Positions 26,392 through 37,700 of a DNA stretch of 50,416 bases are shown in pieces. The notes beneath the pieces are model-generated. The model did not search any database. It was not told the DNA's origin and saw nothing but the letters and a program-made list of their open reading frames with translations. The position numbers and the translations under genes were made by a program. This stretch comes from a virus (Duplodnaviria; Caudoviricetes). Where the stretch lies: IMG/VR virus record IMGVR_UViG_3300036822_000288, positions 1 to 50,416 of that record; one strand, given 5' to 3'. Within the stretch, counting starts at the first letter, position 1. Every line of letters starts with the position of its first letter.

Positions 26392-27301
26392 CCCGACCGG
26401 AGTTGACCGGCTTGAGCGTGGCGCGATGCGCGACTATGCCAGGCGACTAAAGCAAGTCAGCAACCGCTACATCGAACTTCTCAACCGCATCCCGGTGGAG
26501 CCCGCAGTAAACCAGCGTTACACCTTCCAGTTAGATCAGACCATGCTGTCGATGCTGTTGCAGAACGGCGATTCACTCGTTGATGAAATCCTGCTGCAGG
26601 GCGGCGAGTTCAATCCGTGGCTGTTTCAGGATTACGTGTCGCCATCGTATCAGCGCGGCACGGCGCAGGAGTTTGCCAACCTCTCTCAGCAGTCGGCAGC
26701 ATATGAGGCATATCGCGGTAGTGTGCAGGACATACTCCTCAGCGACGCGTATCAAAACCGCCTGGTGCTGGTCAGGGCGCGCACCTTCGAAGAGATGAAA
26801 GGCCTGTCGGCTGATGTGAAGCAAAACCTATCACGCGTACTGACTGATGGCATTGGCCGGGGGCAAAACCCGAAAGATGTAGCTAGGCGAATTCGCGATC
26901 AGATAGGCATTGAGCAGGGTCGCGCTAACCGCATTGCCAGAACCGAGATAACTACGGCGCTACGCCGCGCACGATGGGATGAGCACGACTCAGCCAGTGA
27001 CGATCTCGGTCTTAACGTCATGCTGCTGCACCTGTCCGCATTGAGCCCTACAACGCGCCAGACGCACGCCTTTCGGCACGGCAAGCTCTACACCTCAGAA
27101 GAGGTTCGCGACTGGTACAGCATCAACGGTAACGCGATCAATTGTAAGTGCTCTCAAGTCACCGTCCTGGTTGATGAAAAGGGCGTACCACTCAACTCTT
27201 CCGTCATCGATATCGCCAAAAAAGAGTTTACCCAGACATGGGGTAAGCGCATGGCAACCAACAAAACACATCACTGCTGCGACCATAAGCACGCGGCCTA
27301 A
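26336..27301 (+). CDS. Head morphogenesis protein (SPP1 gp7/Mu F-like)
   Basis: RANRIARTEI, TTRQTH, INCKC. Confidence 0.88.
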   Translation: MAKLKKKPKPAILPSNKLDPTGVDRLERGAMRDYARRLKQVSNRYIELLNRIPVEPAVNQRYTFQLDQTMLSMLLQNGDSLVDEILLQGGEFNPWLFQDYVSPSYQRGTAQEFANLSQQSAAYEAYRGSVQDILLSDAYQNRLVLVRARTFEEMKGLSADVKQNLSRVLTDGIGRGQNPKDVARRIRDQIGIEQGRANRIARTEITTALRRARWDEHDSASDDLGLNVMLLHLSALSPTTRQTHAFRHGKLYTSEEVRDWYSINGNAINCKCSQVTVLVDEKGVPLNSSVIDIAKKEFTQTWGKRMATNKTHHCCDHKHAA

Positions 27302-27314
27302 TCGAGAGATAACC

Positions 27315-28589
27315 ATGACTATGCAGGTCAACGTCACCACCAGGGTGAACAGTCAGGCTATTCGCCGTGAAACGTATAACGGTCGTGAACATCTGGTTCT
27401 GCCGAGCTACACGCTGCCGGCCAACGTTGTGATGAACGGCGGCCTTTATTCGGCATCAGAAATCGACGCTCACTATCAGGGGCTGGAAGGCACGCTGGCA
27501 CCGCTTGGTCATCCTACGGTGAACGGCCAGTTTGTTTCCGCTTTCTCGCCTGAAGGCATCAACGCGGGTCACATCGGCGCGTGGAACCGCAACGTTAAGA
27601 AGTCCGGCAACCGCGTCTATGCCGAGAAGTGGGTCGATACCACCGTAGCCAATCAGAGCGAAGGCGGTCGCGAACTGCTGGAGCGTGTAGCTGCAATTGA
27701 GCGTGGCGACGATGTGCCGCCGATTCACACCAGCGTTGCCGTATTCCTCGAGCAACTTGAAGCCAACGAAGAACAGAAGGCGCAAGGCATTGAGTGGGTA
27801 GCGAAGATCAACGCAATGGACCATGACGCCATCCTGTTACATGAGGTCGGCGCCGCGCAGCCAGAGCAGGGCGTTGGCCTGATGGTTAATGCTGACCAGG
27901 CTAAAACGCTGCAGGCGAATTCAGGCGCGCTGATTGGCGAGTCATATCGCGAACGCGAGCGCCGACTTGAACAGGCCGCGCGCGATAAGTTTGCCACCGG
28001 CCCCGACGATTATGCATGGATTGCTGATTTCACCGACTCGCAGGCGATCGTCATCCGCAATGGTGGTGATGCGCAGGTTTACGGCTACAGCACCGAGGGC
28101 GGCAAAATCAACTTTGATGACACCGGCGCAAAAGTTGCGCGTCAGGAGTCATGGGTCGCCATCGCCGCCAACAAAATCAAATCTCTTTTCACTCCGCAGG
28201 AAGCTCCTGCAACAAACCACCAAACGGAGGGCGATATGCCTTTAACCAAAGAAGAACTGGAACAGATCGGCACTATCGTCAGCGGCGCAATCGCTGCAAA
28301 TAACGAAGCGTCACTGAAGCCAATCACTGATGCGCTGGCTGGCATTCAGGCGAATCAGGCAACTCTCGCTGAAACCCTGACCGCTAACTCCCGTGCTGAA
28401 GAGCAAACCATGCGCGATGCAGTTAAAGCGGTGCATGGCGAAATCATTGCCAATGCCCTGAGCGGTGAAGCGCTGAAAGAGATGTTCAGCAAGATGGGAG
28501 AAGCCACTCAGATCGGCACCAACAACGCGCAGAAACCAGCGGTTTCTGGCGCACCAGACCCGGCTTCATACTTTGGAGGTGCAGCATAA
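27315..28589 (+). CDS. Prohead protease/scaffold protein
   Basis: PLGHP, DHDAILL; helical C-terminus; upstream of capsid genes. Confidence 0.75.
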   Translation: MTMQVNVTTRVNSQAIRRETYNGREHLVLPSYTLPANVVMNGGLYSASEIDAHYQGLEGTLAPLGHPTVNGQFVSAFSPEGINAGHIGAWNRNVKKSGNRVYAEKWVDTTVANQSEGGRELLERVAAIERGDDVPPIHTSVAVFLEQLEANEEQKAQGIEWVAKINAMDHDAILLHEVGAAQPEQGVGLMVNADQAKTLQANSGALIGESYRERERRLEQAARDKFATGPDDYAWIADFTDSQAIVIRNGGDAQVYGYSTEGGKINFDDTGAKVARQESWVAIAANKIKSLFTPQEAPATNHQTEGDMPLTKEELEQIGTIVSGAIAANNEASLKPITDALAGIQANQATLAETLTANSRAEEQTMRDAVKAVHGEIIANALSGEALKEMFSKMGEATQIGTNNAQKPAVSGAPDPASYFGGAA

Positions 28590-29035
28590 TGCCACGCTAT
28601 CGCCGCGTTAATATCGACGGTCAGTCTCTGTACAAGACCGAAACCCGCGTTACTGCTGCAGCCTTGCTGCCGGGTACTGCGGCTGTCATCAACGACGACA
28701 ACGAGTTTGCGCAAGCCACCGCGCTGGCCGGTCGTATCTACATCATCGACCCTGCTTACCACCAGGGGCTGAACATCACCGAGGCAGTGCCTGCTGGTGA
28801 TTCCGCTGTGGGTAATTACGTCGAAGAAGGTCGCGAACTTGCTCTGCTGTGTGGCCCTGCCACCTATGGCAAGGATGACCCGATCAAGCTGGGAACCAAT
28901 GGTCAGTTCACTAAGGCAACAGGCGACACCGATTCGGTGATCGGCTACAGCCAGGACGATGCGACCATCGCGGCCAGCACCACCGATTTCATCCGCGTGC
29001 GCATGCGCGTCGGCACCGTTGCCGATGGCGCTTAA
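28589..29035 (+). CDS. Head decoration protein (putative)
   Basis: Size and position between scaffold and capsid. Confidence 0.7.
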   Translation: MPRYRRVNIDGQSLYKTETRVTAAALLPGTAAVINDDNEFAQATALAGRIYIIDPAYHQGLNITEAVPAGDSAVGNYVEEGRELALLCGPATYGKDDPIKLGTNGQFTKATGDTDSVIGYSQDDATIAASTTDFIRVRMRVGTVADGA

Positions 29036-29049
29036 TCAGGAGATAGACA

Positions 29050-30147
29050 ATGTATTTTACCGCTGAAACACTGGCTGCTAACAGCCGACTGCGCGGACAC
29101 TGGAATGAGCTGTGGGCGAACCGTGACATCTTCAACGCTCAGCACGACATGATGGTCAACGCGTTCCGCACGCGCATGACGCATGAAATGCTGGCAGCGA
29201 ATGCCATCGGCGGCTTTACCCGCGAGTTCTGGGCTGAGATTGACCGCCAGATCATCCAGATGCGCGATCAGGAAATTGGCATGGAAATCGTCAATGACCT
29301 GATGGGCGTGCAGACCGTTCTGCCAATCGGCAAAACAGCGAAGCTGTATAACGTGTCTGGCGATATCGCTGATGACGTATCTATCAGCATCGATGGTCAG
29401 GCGCCGTACTCCTTCGACCATACTGAATTCGGTTCAGACGGCGACCCGATCCCGGTGTTCACCGCAGGTTATGGCGTCAACTGGCGTCATGCTGCAGGCC
29501 TGAGCACTGTCGGCATCGATCTGGCGCTGGACTCTCAGGCCGCCAAGATGCGCAAGTTCCACAAAAAGCGCGTCGACTTCTACCTTAACGGCAATGAATC
29601 CATCTCTGTTGATGGCTACAAAGCGCAGGGCATGAAGAACCACCGCAACACTCAGAAAATCAACCTGGGTAGCGGCGCGGGCGGCGCGAATATCAATCTG
29701 ACCACCGCGACCCCGGCGCAACTGCTGGCATTCTTCGGTCCAACCGGGCCATTCGGTATCAATGCGCGCACGAACAAAGTGACCGCGTACGACAAGATGT
29801 GGGTCAGTCCTGAAATCTGGGCGAACATGGCCAAGCCTTACCTGGTAGACATCAACACCGGCACCAATGCAATTCTGAGCGGCACGGTGCTTGATGCGAT
29901 CAGCAAGTTCATCCCGGTTAAGTCTATCCAGATGACTTATGCGCTGTCAGGCAATGAGTTCATCGCCTATGAGCGCCGTCAGGATGTTATCTCGCCGCTG
30001 GTTGGCATGGCGGTCGGTGTTGTTCCATTGCCACGTCCGATGCCGCAGAGCAACTACAACTTCCAGATCATGTCTGCTGAAGGCCTGCAGATTAAGAAGG
30101 ACGGCGAAGGCCTGTCCGGTGTGGTCTACGGCGCCAACCTCGCTTAA
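29050..30147 (+). CDS. Major capsid protein
   Basis: 365 aa, position, strong RBS. Confidence 0.88.
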   Translation: MYFTAETLAANSRLRGHWNELWANRDIFNAQHDMMVNAFRTRMTHEMLAANAIGGFTREFWAEIDRQIIQMRDQEIGMEIVNDLMGVQTVLPIGKTAKLYNVSGDIADDVSISIDGQAPYSFDHTEFGSDGDPIPVFTAGYGVNWRHAAGLSTVGIDLALDSQAAKMRKFHKKRVDFYLNGNESISVDGYKAQGMKNHRNTQKINLGSGAGGANINLTTATPAQLLAFFGPTGPFGINARTNKVTAYDKMWVSPEIWANMAKPYLVDINTGTNAILSGTVLDAISKFIPVKSIQMTYALSGNEFIAYERRQDVISPLVGMAVGVVPLPRPMPQSNYNFQIMSAEGLQIKKDGEGLSGVVYGANLA

Positions 30148-30156
30148 GGAGCAATC

Positions 30157-30441
30157 ATGGCTGAGAAATACGAAGTAATTAAGCCGTGGCACGGCGTGGA
30201 TAAAGGCGATGTGGTTGAGCTTGAAAAGGTTCATCCGTCGCTGAAATCTCACGTGCGCAAGCTGTCGGACAAGGCGGCGGCTGAACTGGTTCCAGCAACG
30301 CCAGCTGCTACCTCGCGCAAAGAAGCGATCGCCGCACGACTGACCGAATTGGGAATTGAGTTCAAAGGCACCCTTGGCGCTGACCGCTTGGCAGAGCTTC
30401 TGCCTGATGGCGAAATCGAAAAACTTTTCCCTGCTGAATAA
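30157..30441 (+). CDS. Hypothetical head-associated protein
   Basis: After capsid; followed by terminator 30444-30467. Confidence 0.75.
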   Translation: MAEKYEVIKPWHGVDKGDVVELEKVHPSLKSHVRKLSDKAAAELVPATPAATSRKEAIAARLTELGIEFKGTLGADRLAELLPDGEIEKLFPAE

Positions 30442-30501
30442 TAGCCGCCGCGATGGCGGTTTTTTTATGCCCTCTCCGGAGGGCTGATTGTTGAGGTGCG
30501 C

Positions 30502-30903
30502 ATGATCACCACGGCTCAGGCCAAAGAGTATCTGGAGTCGGTGGGCATCACGCTGCCAGACTTCATTCTTGCGGCGCTGGTTGAGCAGGCGAACAGCATT
30601 GAAGAGTGCCTCAATGCGAATTACTCACCCGCAACCGCGCTACTCATCCAGATGTATCTGTTAGGACTGATGGGGCTGGGGCAGGGCGATAAATATATTA
30701 GCTCTCAGTCAGCCCCATCTGGTGCGTCGCGTTCGTTTCGATATCAATCGTTTGCCGATCGCTGGAAGGGCTCAATGGCGCTTCTGCGCGGTCTGGATAA
30801 AAAAGGATGCGCTACCGATCTGATTCCTCCAGACCCAACGCAGCAGGCCTTTGCTGGGCTGTGGATTGCGAAGGGTGGCTGCATGTGTGGAGGCCGGAAA
30901 TGA
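30502..30903 (+). CDS. Head-tail adaptor (putative)
   Basis: ISSQSAPSGASRSF motif; position. Confidence 0.7.
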   Translation: MITTAQAKEYLESVGITLPDFILAALVEQANSIEECLNANYSPATALLIQMYLLGLMGLGQGDKYISSQSAPSGASRSFRYQSFADRWKGSMALLRGLDKKGCATDLIPPDPTQQAFAGLWIAKGGCMCGGRK

Positions 30904-31067
30904 ACTGGCAATCCCCATCATCCCCGCCGAAACCATACGATCGCGTCTGGCTGAAGACATCCACTGGCCGGGAGACAACCGGCTATGTGAATAGCGCTGG
31001 TGAGTGGGTATTCAACTGCAAGCGCATCGCCGCTGAAAAGCCCACTGTAATCGGCTGGAGGGCATAG
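30900..31067 (+). CDS. 55-aa hypothetical protein
   Basis: ATGA overlap. Confidence 0.6.
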   Translation: MNWQSPSSPPKPYDRVWLKTSTGRETTGYVNSAGEWVFNCKRIAAEKPTVIGWRA

Positions 31068-31069
31068 CA

Positions 31070-31417
31070 TTGAGTTCATTAGCCAACTGGTCATACACCG
31101 CGCAGGCAACCATATGGAAGCCTCTCGGCAACAATGAATACGGTGATTCGCTCGGCTGGTCTGAGCCGCTGGTGATTGCCTGTGATTATCAGGGTGGCCT
31201 GTCAAAACGGCTCGGCGCTATCGGTGGTGAGAAGGTAGTGAAAAACACCATCTGGACTGAGTATGCGTTGGCTAAAACTGGCGACTACATCCTGATCGGC
31301 GCATCGACTGAGCTTGACCCCATCGCCGCCGGCGCTGACGAAATCATGCAGTCAATTCAGTATGCAGACACCTTCGAGCGTACTGCAGACGACTGGGCGA
31401 TTATCACGGGAGTTTAG
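31070..31417 (+). CDS. Head closure protein (putative)
   Basis: Position and size. Confidence 0.65.
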   Translation: MSSLANWSYTAQATIWKPLGNNEYGDSLGWSEPLVIACDYQGGLSKRLGAIGGEKVVKNTIWTEYALAKTGDYILIGASTELDPIAAGADEIMQSIQYADTFERTADDWAIITGV

Positions 31418-31419
31418 CC

Positions 31420-31788
31420 ATGGGCGTGAAAGTAAAAGGCATCAAGCAGGTCTCACGAAACGTGAATCACGCCATCGACAACATTCACGATCGGCGAGTG
31501 GTGCGTGCTCTGACAAGCGCCATGATTGTTGGTGCTTCGCAGGCTGCCATCTATACACCAATCGACACCTCATACCTGCTGAATAGTCAGTTCCGTGAAC
31601 TATCAGTGAATGGCACGCGCTTTACAGGTCGCGTTGGTTATACGGCTGAATACGCGGCCTACGTGCACGACCCTGCATACCCACAGCAGTTCAGGCGCGC
31701 AACGGCTGAGAAAGAGTTCCTCACCAAAGGATTCGAAGACAGCCGCGATGTAATCGATCGCGTGGTGCAAAGGGAGATGTCACTTTGA
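31420..31788 (+). CDS. Neck/tail completion protein (HK97 gp10-like)
   Basis: TPIDTSYLLNS, YAAYVH, FLTKG. Confidence 0.8.
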   Translation: MGVKVKGIKQVSRNVNHAIDNIHDRRVVRALTSAMIVGASQAAIYTPIDTSYLLNSQFRELSVNGTRFTGRVGYTAEYAAYVHDPAYPQQFRRATAEKEFLTKGFEDSRDVIDRVVQREMSL

Positions 31789-32171
31789 ATCCTCCAATGC
31801 ATACGCGCGTGCGCAATTACTTCGTAGATGCCGGTCTTACAGCTGGATTTATCACGCAACTGCTGATGTGGAACGACAGCGGCAAGATGACCGACGCTTT
31901 CATGGTGTTTAGGCCGAATGGCGGCGGGAATATCAGGAATCAACTCGGCGGCGATTATCACGTAATTGTTGATGTTATTGGCGCTAAGAGCGCGAATGGC
32001 ACAGCAGATCAGCGTGTGCAAGACGTCATCGATTACGTTCAGCAAAACCCCATGGCTGATGCATGCGTCGGCTACCTGGAAAACCTCGGAGGCATTCCAG
32101 CCCCCGTCCTAACAACCGAAGGCCGCCTGGTCTATCGGCTTCAGTTTGTTGCCACATTCGGCAGCTCCTAA
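31785..32171 (+). CDS. Tail terminator (putative)
   Basis: Immediately upstream of tail tube. Confidence 0.7.
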   Translation: MNPPMHTRVRNYFVDAGLTAGFITQLLMWNDSGKMTDAFMVFRPNGGGNIRNQLGGDYHVIVDVIGAKSANGTADQRVQDVIDYVQQNPMADACVGYLENLGGIPAPVLTTEGRLVYRLQFVATFGSS

Positions 32172-32192
32172 AACGTCAAAGAGGAATTAAAC

Positions 32193-32936
32193 ATGGCTGA
32201 ATGCCAGAACAGCAACGAACGTTTGTTCGGTGGCGCCGTTGTGCTCGAAGTTGCCGATGGCTGCAGCGATGTATTGCCGCAGGAATCGGAATGGAAAGCA
32301 CTGGCGGCCGGCACAAGCAAAGGGTGGGACTTCTCGCCTAATACGGTGACATCAGATGCTGATGATGGTGGCGGCTTCGTTGAAAGCATCATCACCAACT
32401 CTGATTTCACGATCAGCTTTGAAGGTGAAGTGCGCAAAAAGGGCAAGCTCGACCAGTACGGTGTGGGCCGCTTTATCAAGTACTTCGCTGCCGAGCTTAA
32501 AGCGCGCCGCCAGCCGGGCATCTGGGTTCGCATGGAATATGGCGAAGTCACATTCCAGGGTTACATGGTCGTTACAGCGCTGAGTTCTGATGGCGGCACG
32601 AATGACATCGTGACATTTACCACTGAGTTCAAAGTTGGCGATGCGACAACCATTCAGGTGCTAGACACTGACGAAACCATCCCGGCAACTGGTGTTACTG
32701 TGGCCCCAGCCACTGCATCACTCGTAGTTGGCGCGACGCGTCAATTGACGGGCGCAGTACAGCCAACTGATGCAACCGACCGCACCGGCACGTGGACAAC
32801 TTCAGATGCCACCAAAGCAACGGTGAACAGCACTGGCCTGGTTACCGCAGTTGCTGCAGGTTCCGCGACGATCACCTTCAAATCCAATGACGGTAATTTC
32901 ACCGCGACTTCCGCTGTGACTGTCACTGCTTCGTAA
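32193..32936 (+). CDS. Major tail tube protein with C-terminal Ig-like (Big_2) domain
   Basis: TGVTVAP...WTTSDATKATV..TGLVTAVAAGSATIT. Confidence 0.9.
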   Translation: MAECQNSNERLFGGAVVLEVADGCSDVLPQESEWKALAAGTSKGWDFSPNTVTSDADDGGGFVESIITNSDFTISFEGEVRKKGKLDQYGVGRFIKYFAAELKARRQPGIWVRMEYGEVTFQGYMVVTALSSDGGTNDIVTFTTEFKVGDATTIQVLDTDETIPATGVTVAPATASLVVGATRQLTGAVQPTDATDRTGTWTTSDATKATVNSTGLVTAVAAGSATITFKSNDGNFTATSAVTVTAS

Positions 32937-32986
32937 CCATTCCAAAGGGCTGGTTATCAGCCCTTGATAATGTTTATGGAGGCAAT

Positions 32987-33661
32987 ATGGTTCCCGCGAA
33001 AGAAATCGGTGAATGCGTTGTGTCACTCAGCGATCGTGACTACTTCTTCAGGCCTTCATTCATAAACATGATGAAGATTGGTGATCCGGAAGAAGTCGTC
33101 CAGGTATTCCATTACCTGCACAACGATGAATTTTCGTCACTGATGCGCAAAGCGATTGATGCTTATGGCAGCGTACCAAAATGGCTTAGCCGGTATGTGG
33201 CATCACCTCAATTTAGTAAGCAAGCGGTATACGCAGCAATGAACGTGCTGAATGCGTGCACAGATGAAGACGCGAGCCCGCTGATTGGTGAGTTGCGGGT
33301 GGGCAAGACAGGTAAATGGTCTTTTGTTTATCGCAAAGGAGCCATGCCGGTTGGTGACATGATCCTTATCGCACAGGCGCTGATTCAGCACGGCATCATT
33401 GGCAAAGCTAAAGTGCGCAAGCTACAGCGGCATGAAGGCGCGCAGGCATCATCTGAATTTAACGCGTTCGAATATATCAGCGCAGCCCGCACTCACCTTG
33501 GGATGAGCAGGGAAGAGGCTGAGCGGCTGACTATGACCGAGTTCCAGATGTTGCTGGCGGCGAAGTTCCCGGATCAGAAGGGCTTCACGAAAGAAGAGTA
33601 TGACGCGGTTGCAGATGACTACCTGGCGAGAAAGGCAAGAAAGCTGGCTAAGGCGGCATAA
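32987..33661 (+). CDS. Tail assembly chaperone (DUF6246-like)
   Basis: Between tube and TMP; LGMSREEAERLTMTEF gpT-like motif. Confidence 0.75.
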   Translation: MVPAKEIGECVVSLSDRDYFFRPSFINMMKIGDPEEVVQVFHYLHNDEFSSLMRKAIDAYGSVPKWLSRYVASPQFSKQAVYAAMNVLNACTDEDASPLIGELRVGKTGKWSFVYRKGAMPVGDMILIAQALIQHGIIGKAKVRKLQRHEGAQASSEFNAFEYISAARTHLGMSREEAERLTMTEFQMLLAAKFPDQKGFTKEEYDAVADDYLARKARKLAKAA

Positions 33662-33676
33662 GCCGCCTCACTAAGA

Positions 33677-34234
33677 TCATTTCTCAATGTTTTTGGAGTT
33701 GTAATATGCATTTAGAAAATAGTTCAAGTGACCCCATATCCATGCTGCAACCTCATGGTTCGGAGAGCGAAACACTAAAGTCACTTTCTGATAGGTTTGA
33801 CCATAAATCTCCAGAGGGGTCAGCTCCCACACAAGGCAATTACGAGCATATTGAGTGGCCTCTGAAGGGTTTTCCTCCTGCGCAGAAACCATAGCCTCAT
33901 GAAGATATCTGTAAAAATCTTCATCTAAATGGTGAAGTGAGCTTCTAAGTTTTTCTGGTGCATCTGGCCTAAGAGAAAAGTCGACATAACCGAAAATATG
34001 TTGACCATCCTCTTGATCCCATACACATCCCAGCGTCATGAATAGTCTTTCTGGTTTATTCGTTTCCGCAATGAATTCCTTCAGCCATACAGCGCCTTCG
34101 AGTTCGTGTATCTCATTTATTCTGTGTGGCTCTTTAATCAGGTCAATGCCGCCGTTATTGATGTCTCCATTTTCTCGCACGCATGGGCGATAGGGAAATT
34201 TAACGAAATGGTCGTTATGGCTGTTGTCTTCCAT
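33677..34234 (-). CDS. Antisense moron protein, unknown function (185 aa)
   Basis: Opposite strand inside tail operon, visibly more AT-rich, AGGA RBS. Confidence 0.8.
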   Translation of the reverse strand: MEDNSHNDHFVKFPYRPCVRENGDINNGGIDLIKEPHRINEIHELEGAVWLKEFIAETNKPERLFMTLGCVWDQEDGQHIFGYVDFSLRPDAPEKLRSSLHHLDEDFYRYLHEAMVSAQEENPSEATQYARNCLVWELTPLEIYGQTYQKVTLVFRSPNHEVAAWIWGHLNYFLNAYYNSKNIEK

Positions 34235-34384
34235 ATGATCTTCCTGTGATGGGTCTACACAAAGATTATCGTAGAGGAACAACTTCACCCATCCTGATAG
34301 ATGATCAGTGCTTATGGTTCTTGCTTCCCATTGCGCTCTATCCTGGCTAGGATTTATCCCACTGTTACTTTTGGGATTATGGAC

Positions 34385-34681
34385 ATGAAAAAACTAATTT
34401 TGGGCGCGATTGCTGCGGCTTTGCTATCTGGGTGTGTTTACACCGGCACAAACTTTGATGAGTCGAAGTTGGCAAACGTTCACAAAGGAGAAACCACTAA
34501 GCAGGAAGTGATCTCCTATTTTGGCAATCCATCTACCACCACTGTGGATTCAGATGGTAATGAATTGCTGATGTGGACTTACAGCATTGGTAGCGCTTTC
34601 GGCGCAGATGCAAAGGTGCTCACAGTAAAAACACATAACGGTACAGTCGAATCTTACTCGGTCAGCAAATCGAAAATATAA
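34385..34681 (+). CDS. BamE/SmpA-like lipoprotein (moron)
   Basis: Lipobox LSGC; VHKGETTKQEVISYFGNP...WTY; terminator at 34700-34724. Confidence 0.82.
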   Translation: MKKLILGAIAAALLSGCVYTGTNFDESKLANVHKGETTKQEVISYFGNPSTTTVDSDGNELLMWTYSIGSAFGADAKVLTVKTHNGTVESYSVSKSKI

Positions 34682-34740
34682 ATTCGGTATCGAACACATA
34701 ACCTCGCTCAGGCGGGGTTTTTTTATGCCTGGAGATCATG

Positions 34741-37700
34741 ATGGCTGGTGCTTATAACGCAGGCAGTATCGTTTATGAAGTTGATATGGAGACTGCTAAG
34801 CTCATTGCGGCGCGGAGAGAAGTTGATGCCGCGTTAAGTGGTATGAGCGGCAGCATGGGTCGACTCGAGGCCAGCGTTAGCAAAACAGAAAAGTCGATTT
34901 CTTCCATGGAAGGCGCCGTTTCAAGCCTGACAGGAGTCGCTAAGGGTCTTCTTGCCGCGCTTTCTGTTCATCAGGTGGCGGAATGGGGCAATGAGTGGGT
35001 AACGGTCAACAACAAGCTCGTAAACTCCGTTCGCACCACCGAGCAACTTGCCGACGTCACTCAGCGCGTGTTCGACATAGCGCAAAGCACACGATCAGGA
35101 CTTGAAGCGACCGCCACCCTCTACGGTCGCCTTGAGCGCTCAACCCGCAGCGCCGGCACGAGCACTAAAGATCTGATCACGCTGACATCGACCATCAACA
35201 AAGGTCTGGCCGTTTCAGGTGCGACAACTGAAGAAGCCAGTTCCACCATGACGCAGCTTTCTCAGGCGCTTGCATCCGGCGTTCTTCGCGGCGAAGAATT
35301 TAACTCCATATCTGAGAACGGTAGCCGTCTGGCTGTTGCGCTGGCTGACTCACTCGGCGTGACCATTGGCCAGCTGCGCGCAATGGCTGCAGAAGGAAAG
35401 CTAACCACAGAGGTAGTAGTTAACGGCCTTCTGAAACAAAGCGACGTAATCGCTAAAGAGTTTTCCAATACCGCGACCACAATGAGCCAGGCGTTTACGA
35501 TCGCAACCAACAACATCACCAAGTTTGTTGGCGAAAGCTCAACCGTATCAACCGGGATTAAGGTATTCAACTCGGGAATTATTTCCCTTTCTCAGAATCT
35601 CGACACCATCAGTGCCGTGCTCGTTACGCTGACTGCGGCGATGGGTAGCCGCTTTGCCGGTGCACTGGCTATGGCTACTGCTGCAAAGTTAAAAGACACA
35701 GCCGCGACTATCGCATCAGCGAAAGCATCAGAAGTAGCTGCGAAAGATGCTGAGTTAGAGGCGTCCGCTAAACTGCGCCTCGCTAACGTTGAGAAAGCAG
35801 CAACCGTCCAGACGCTGCAGTTAGCAGAAGGACGCCTGGCGACGATGCGCAGCACACAGGCCTCTGTTGCTGCTGAGGTGCAATTAGCGGAGGCAGAGTC
35901 GGCGTCAATCCGAACTACCATCGCTCAGATTGAGTCAGAAAAGGCACTCGAAGCACAGCGCTTGCGTGCACAGATTACGGATCAGGGACGCGTTGCCACG
36001 GCTACACGCATGGCACAGTTACAGCAGGCATCCGCTGCGTTGAATTCTCGCTTAGCAGCAGCAGAAGCAGCCACAGCAGAAGCCAGAGCAGCCGCCATTG
36101 CCTCAGCAGAGGCATCAGTCAGTGCAGCCCGTCTTGCTGCGGCTGATGCAACTGGCGTGGCCACAGCTGCCAATGGCCGGTACATCGCATCTCAGGAAGC
36201 GTCTGTGATTGCCACACGCGCTGCCTCAACATCTCTTGGATTGCTGCGCGGAGCACTTGGTTTGGTAGGCGGCCCCGCTGGCGTGGCTATGCTGGCAGGA
36301 GCAGCAATCTTCTATTTTTGGCAGCAGTCCCAGCAGGCAAAACAGGAAGCGATCTCGTTCGCCGATGGAGTAGACCGCCTGACCGACTCGCTCAAAGCAA
36401 TGAGTAATACCTCGTTGCGTGGCACGATCGCCGATGCAAATACTGCATTGCGAGGTCAGCAAGATGTTGTGTCAGACCTCAAAGATGAAATTGCAGAACT
36501 GACCAGAAAGAGAGATGAGGCGGAGGCATCTGGGAAAAAGTACGGCACAACGATTGAGCAAGGTAACGGCCTGTTATTACGCGCTGCGCAACTTACCGAT
36601 CAGATTAACCAGAAACAACGCGATCTGGAGAACACCGAAAGCAAGTTAGCCAACACCACGAAACTACGCGACGACGCGCAGGTTACGCTAAGCAACAACA
36701 TGCTGACTGCGATGGGCATTCACGACAAGTTAATTGAGCGTGGCACCACACTCGAAAGAGTTCAGGGTGCAGTTGCAAAGGCGTTTGGCACAACAGCTGA
36801 CGAGATAAATCGCGCCAATCAAGCAGGTCAGGCATACAACCCCAAATCACTGCAGGTTTCTCCAGCGACTCCAAAAGGGGATGAGGCGATTTTGGGGCTT
36901 GAACAGCAAAACGAGTTGCTTAAAATTCAGGACGAACGCCTGCGAGCAGTTACTAAGGCTGGCATGGAGCAAGCCAAGGTAACCAGCAACCCTAATCAGA
37001 TTGCAGCTGCTAAACGCCTTGCTGGGGAAAACTTCGATCTCCAGCAGGCTGAAGATGCCAGAAAGAAAGCGGCATCAGATGCAGAGTCGCAAGCTAAACG
37101 GTCGGCATCATCGGCAGAGTCAGTAGCTGAAAAGCTGGCGAAGCTGAAAGAGCAGTCTGAGCTAGCAGGAGAATCGACCCGACAGTTAAGCAGAGACCAG
37201 GCGATACTGACAGCGCAGCAATCCCTTGGATCATCAGCCACCCCAGAGCAGGTTAAGCTTGCTGGCGAGTATGCAGCAGCAAAATGGGATACTGGAAATG
37301 CAATTCGTGCCCAGGCTGCGGCAGAAAAGCTTCTGCCCGAAGCACGTGAAAACGCGAGCTATAAGCAGGATTTAGAAGATCTGAAAACTGCTTTGTCTGC
37401 GAAGAAAATCACTCAGCAGCAGGCCGATGCAACAGCTGAACAACTGGAGAAGCAACACCAGATCAATATTGCCAAAATCCGCGCGCAACAGGCAGTTTCG
37501 CCTGCGCAGGAAGCCGTTGGCACTGTTGATCCTGTGCAGCAACTTGCCAACCAAAATGCTCAAAAGCTCGCACTCATCCAGCAGTTCGAGCAACAGAGAT
37601 TGGTTACAGAGCAGCAGGGCTTGGCGTTGCGGAATGCCGCTAATACGGAGTATGAGCAGCAGCGAATTGCCGCGCAGTGGGAAATCTATCGCAGCCAGAG

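Noticed and set aside
32987-33661. Programmed G-T frameshift in tail chaperone
   Set aside because: gpT-like motif is already in frame; no convincing slippery heptamer or second ORF seen
34294-34308. CTG...CAG palindrome as a LexA box (also 39347-39361)
   Set aside because: Spacing is CTG-N9-CAG, not N10
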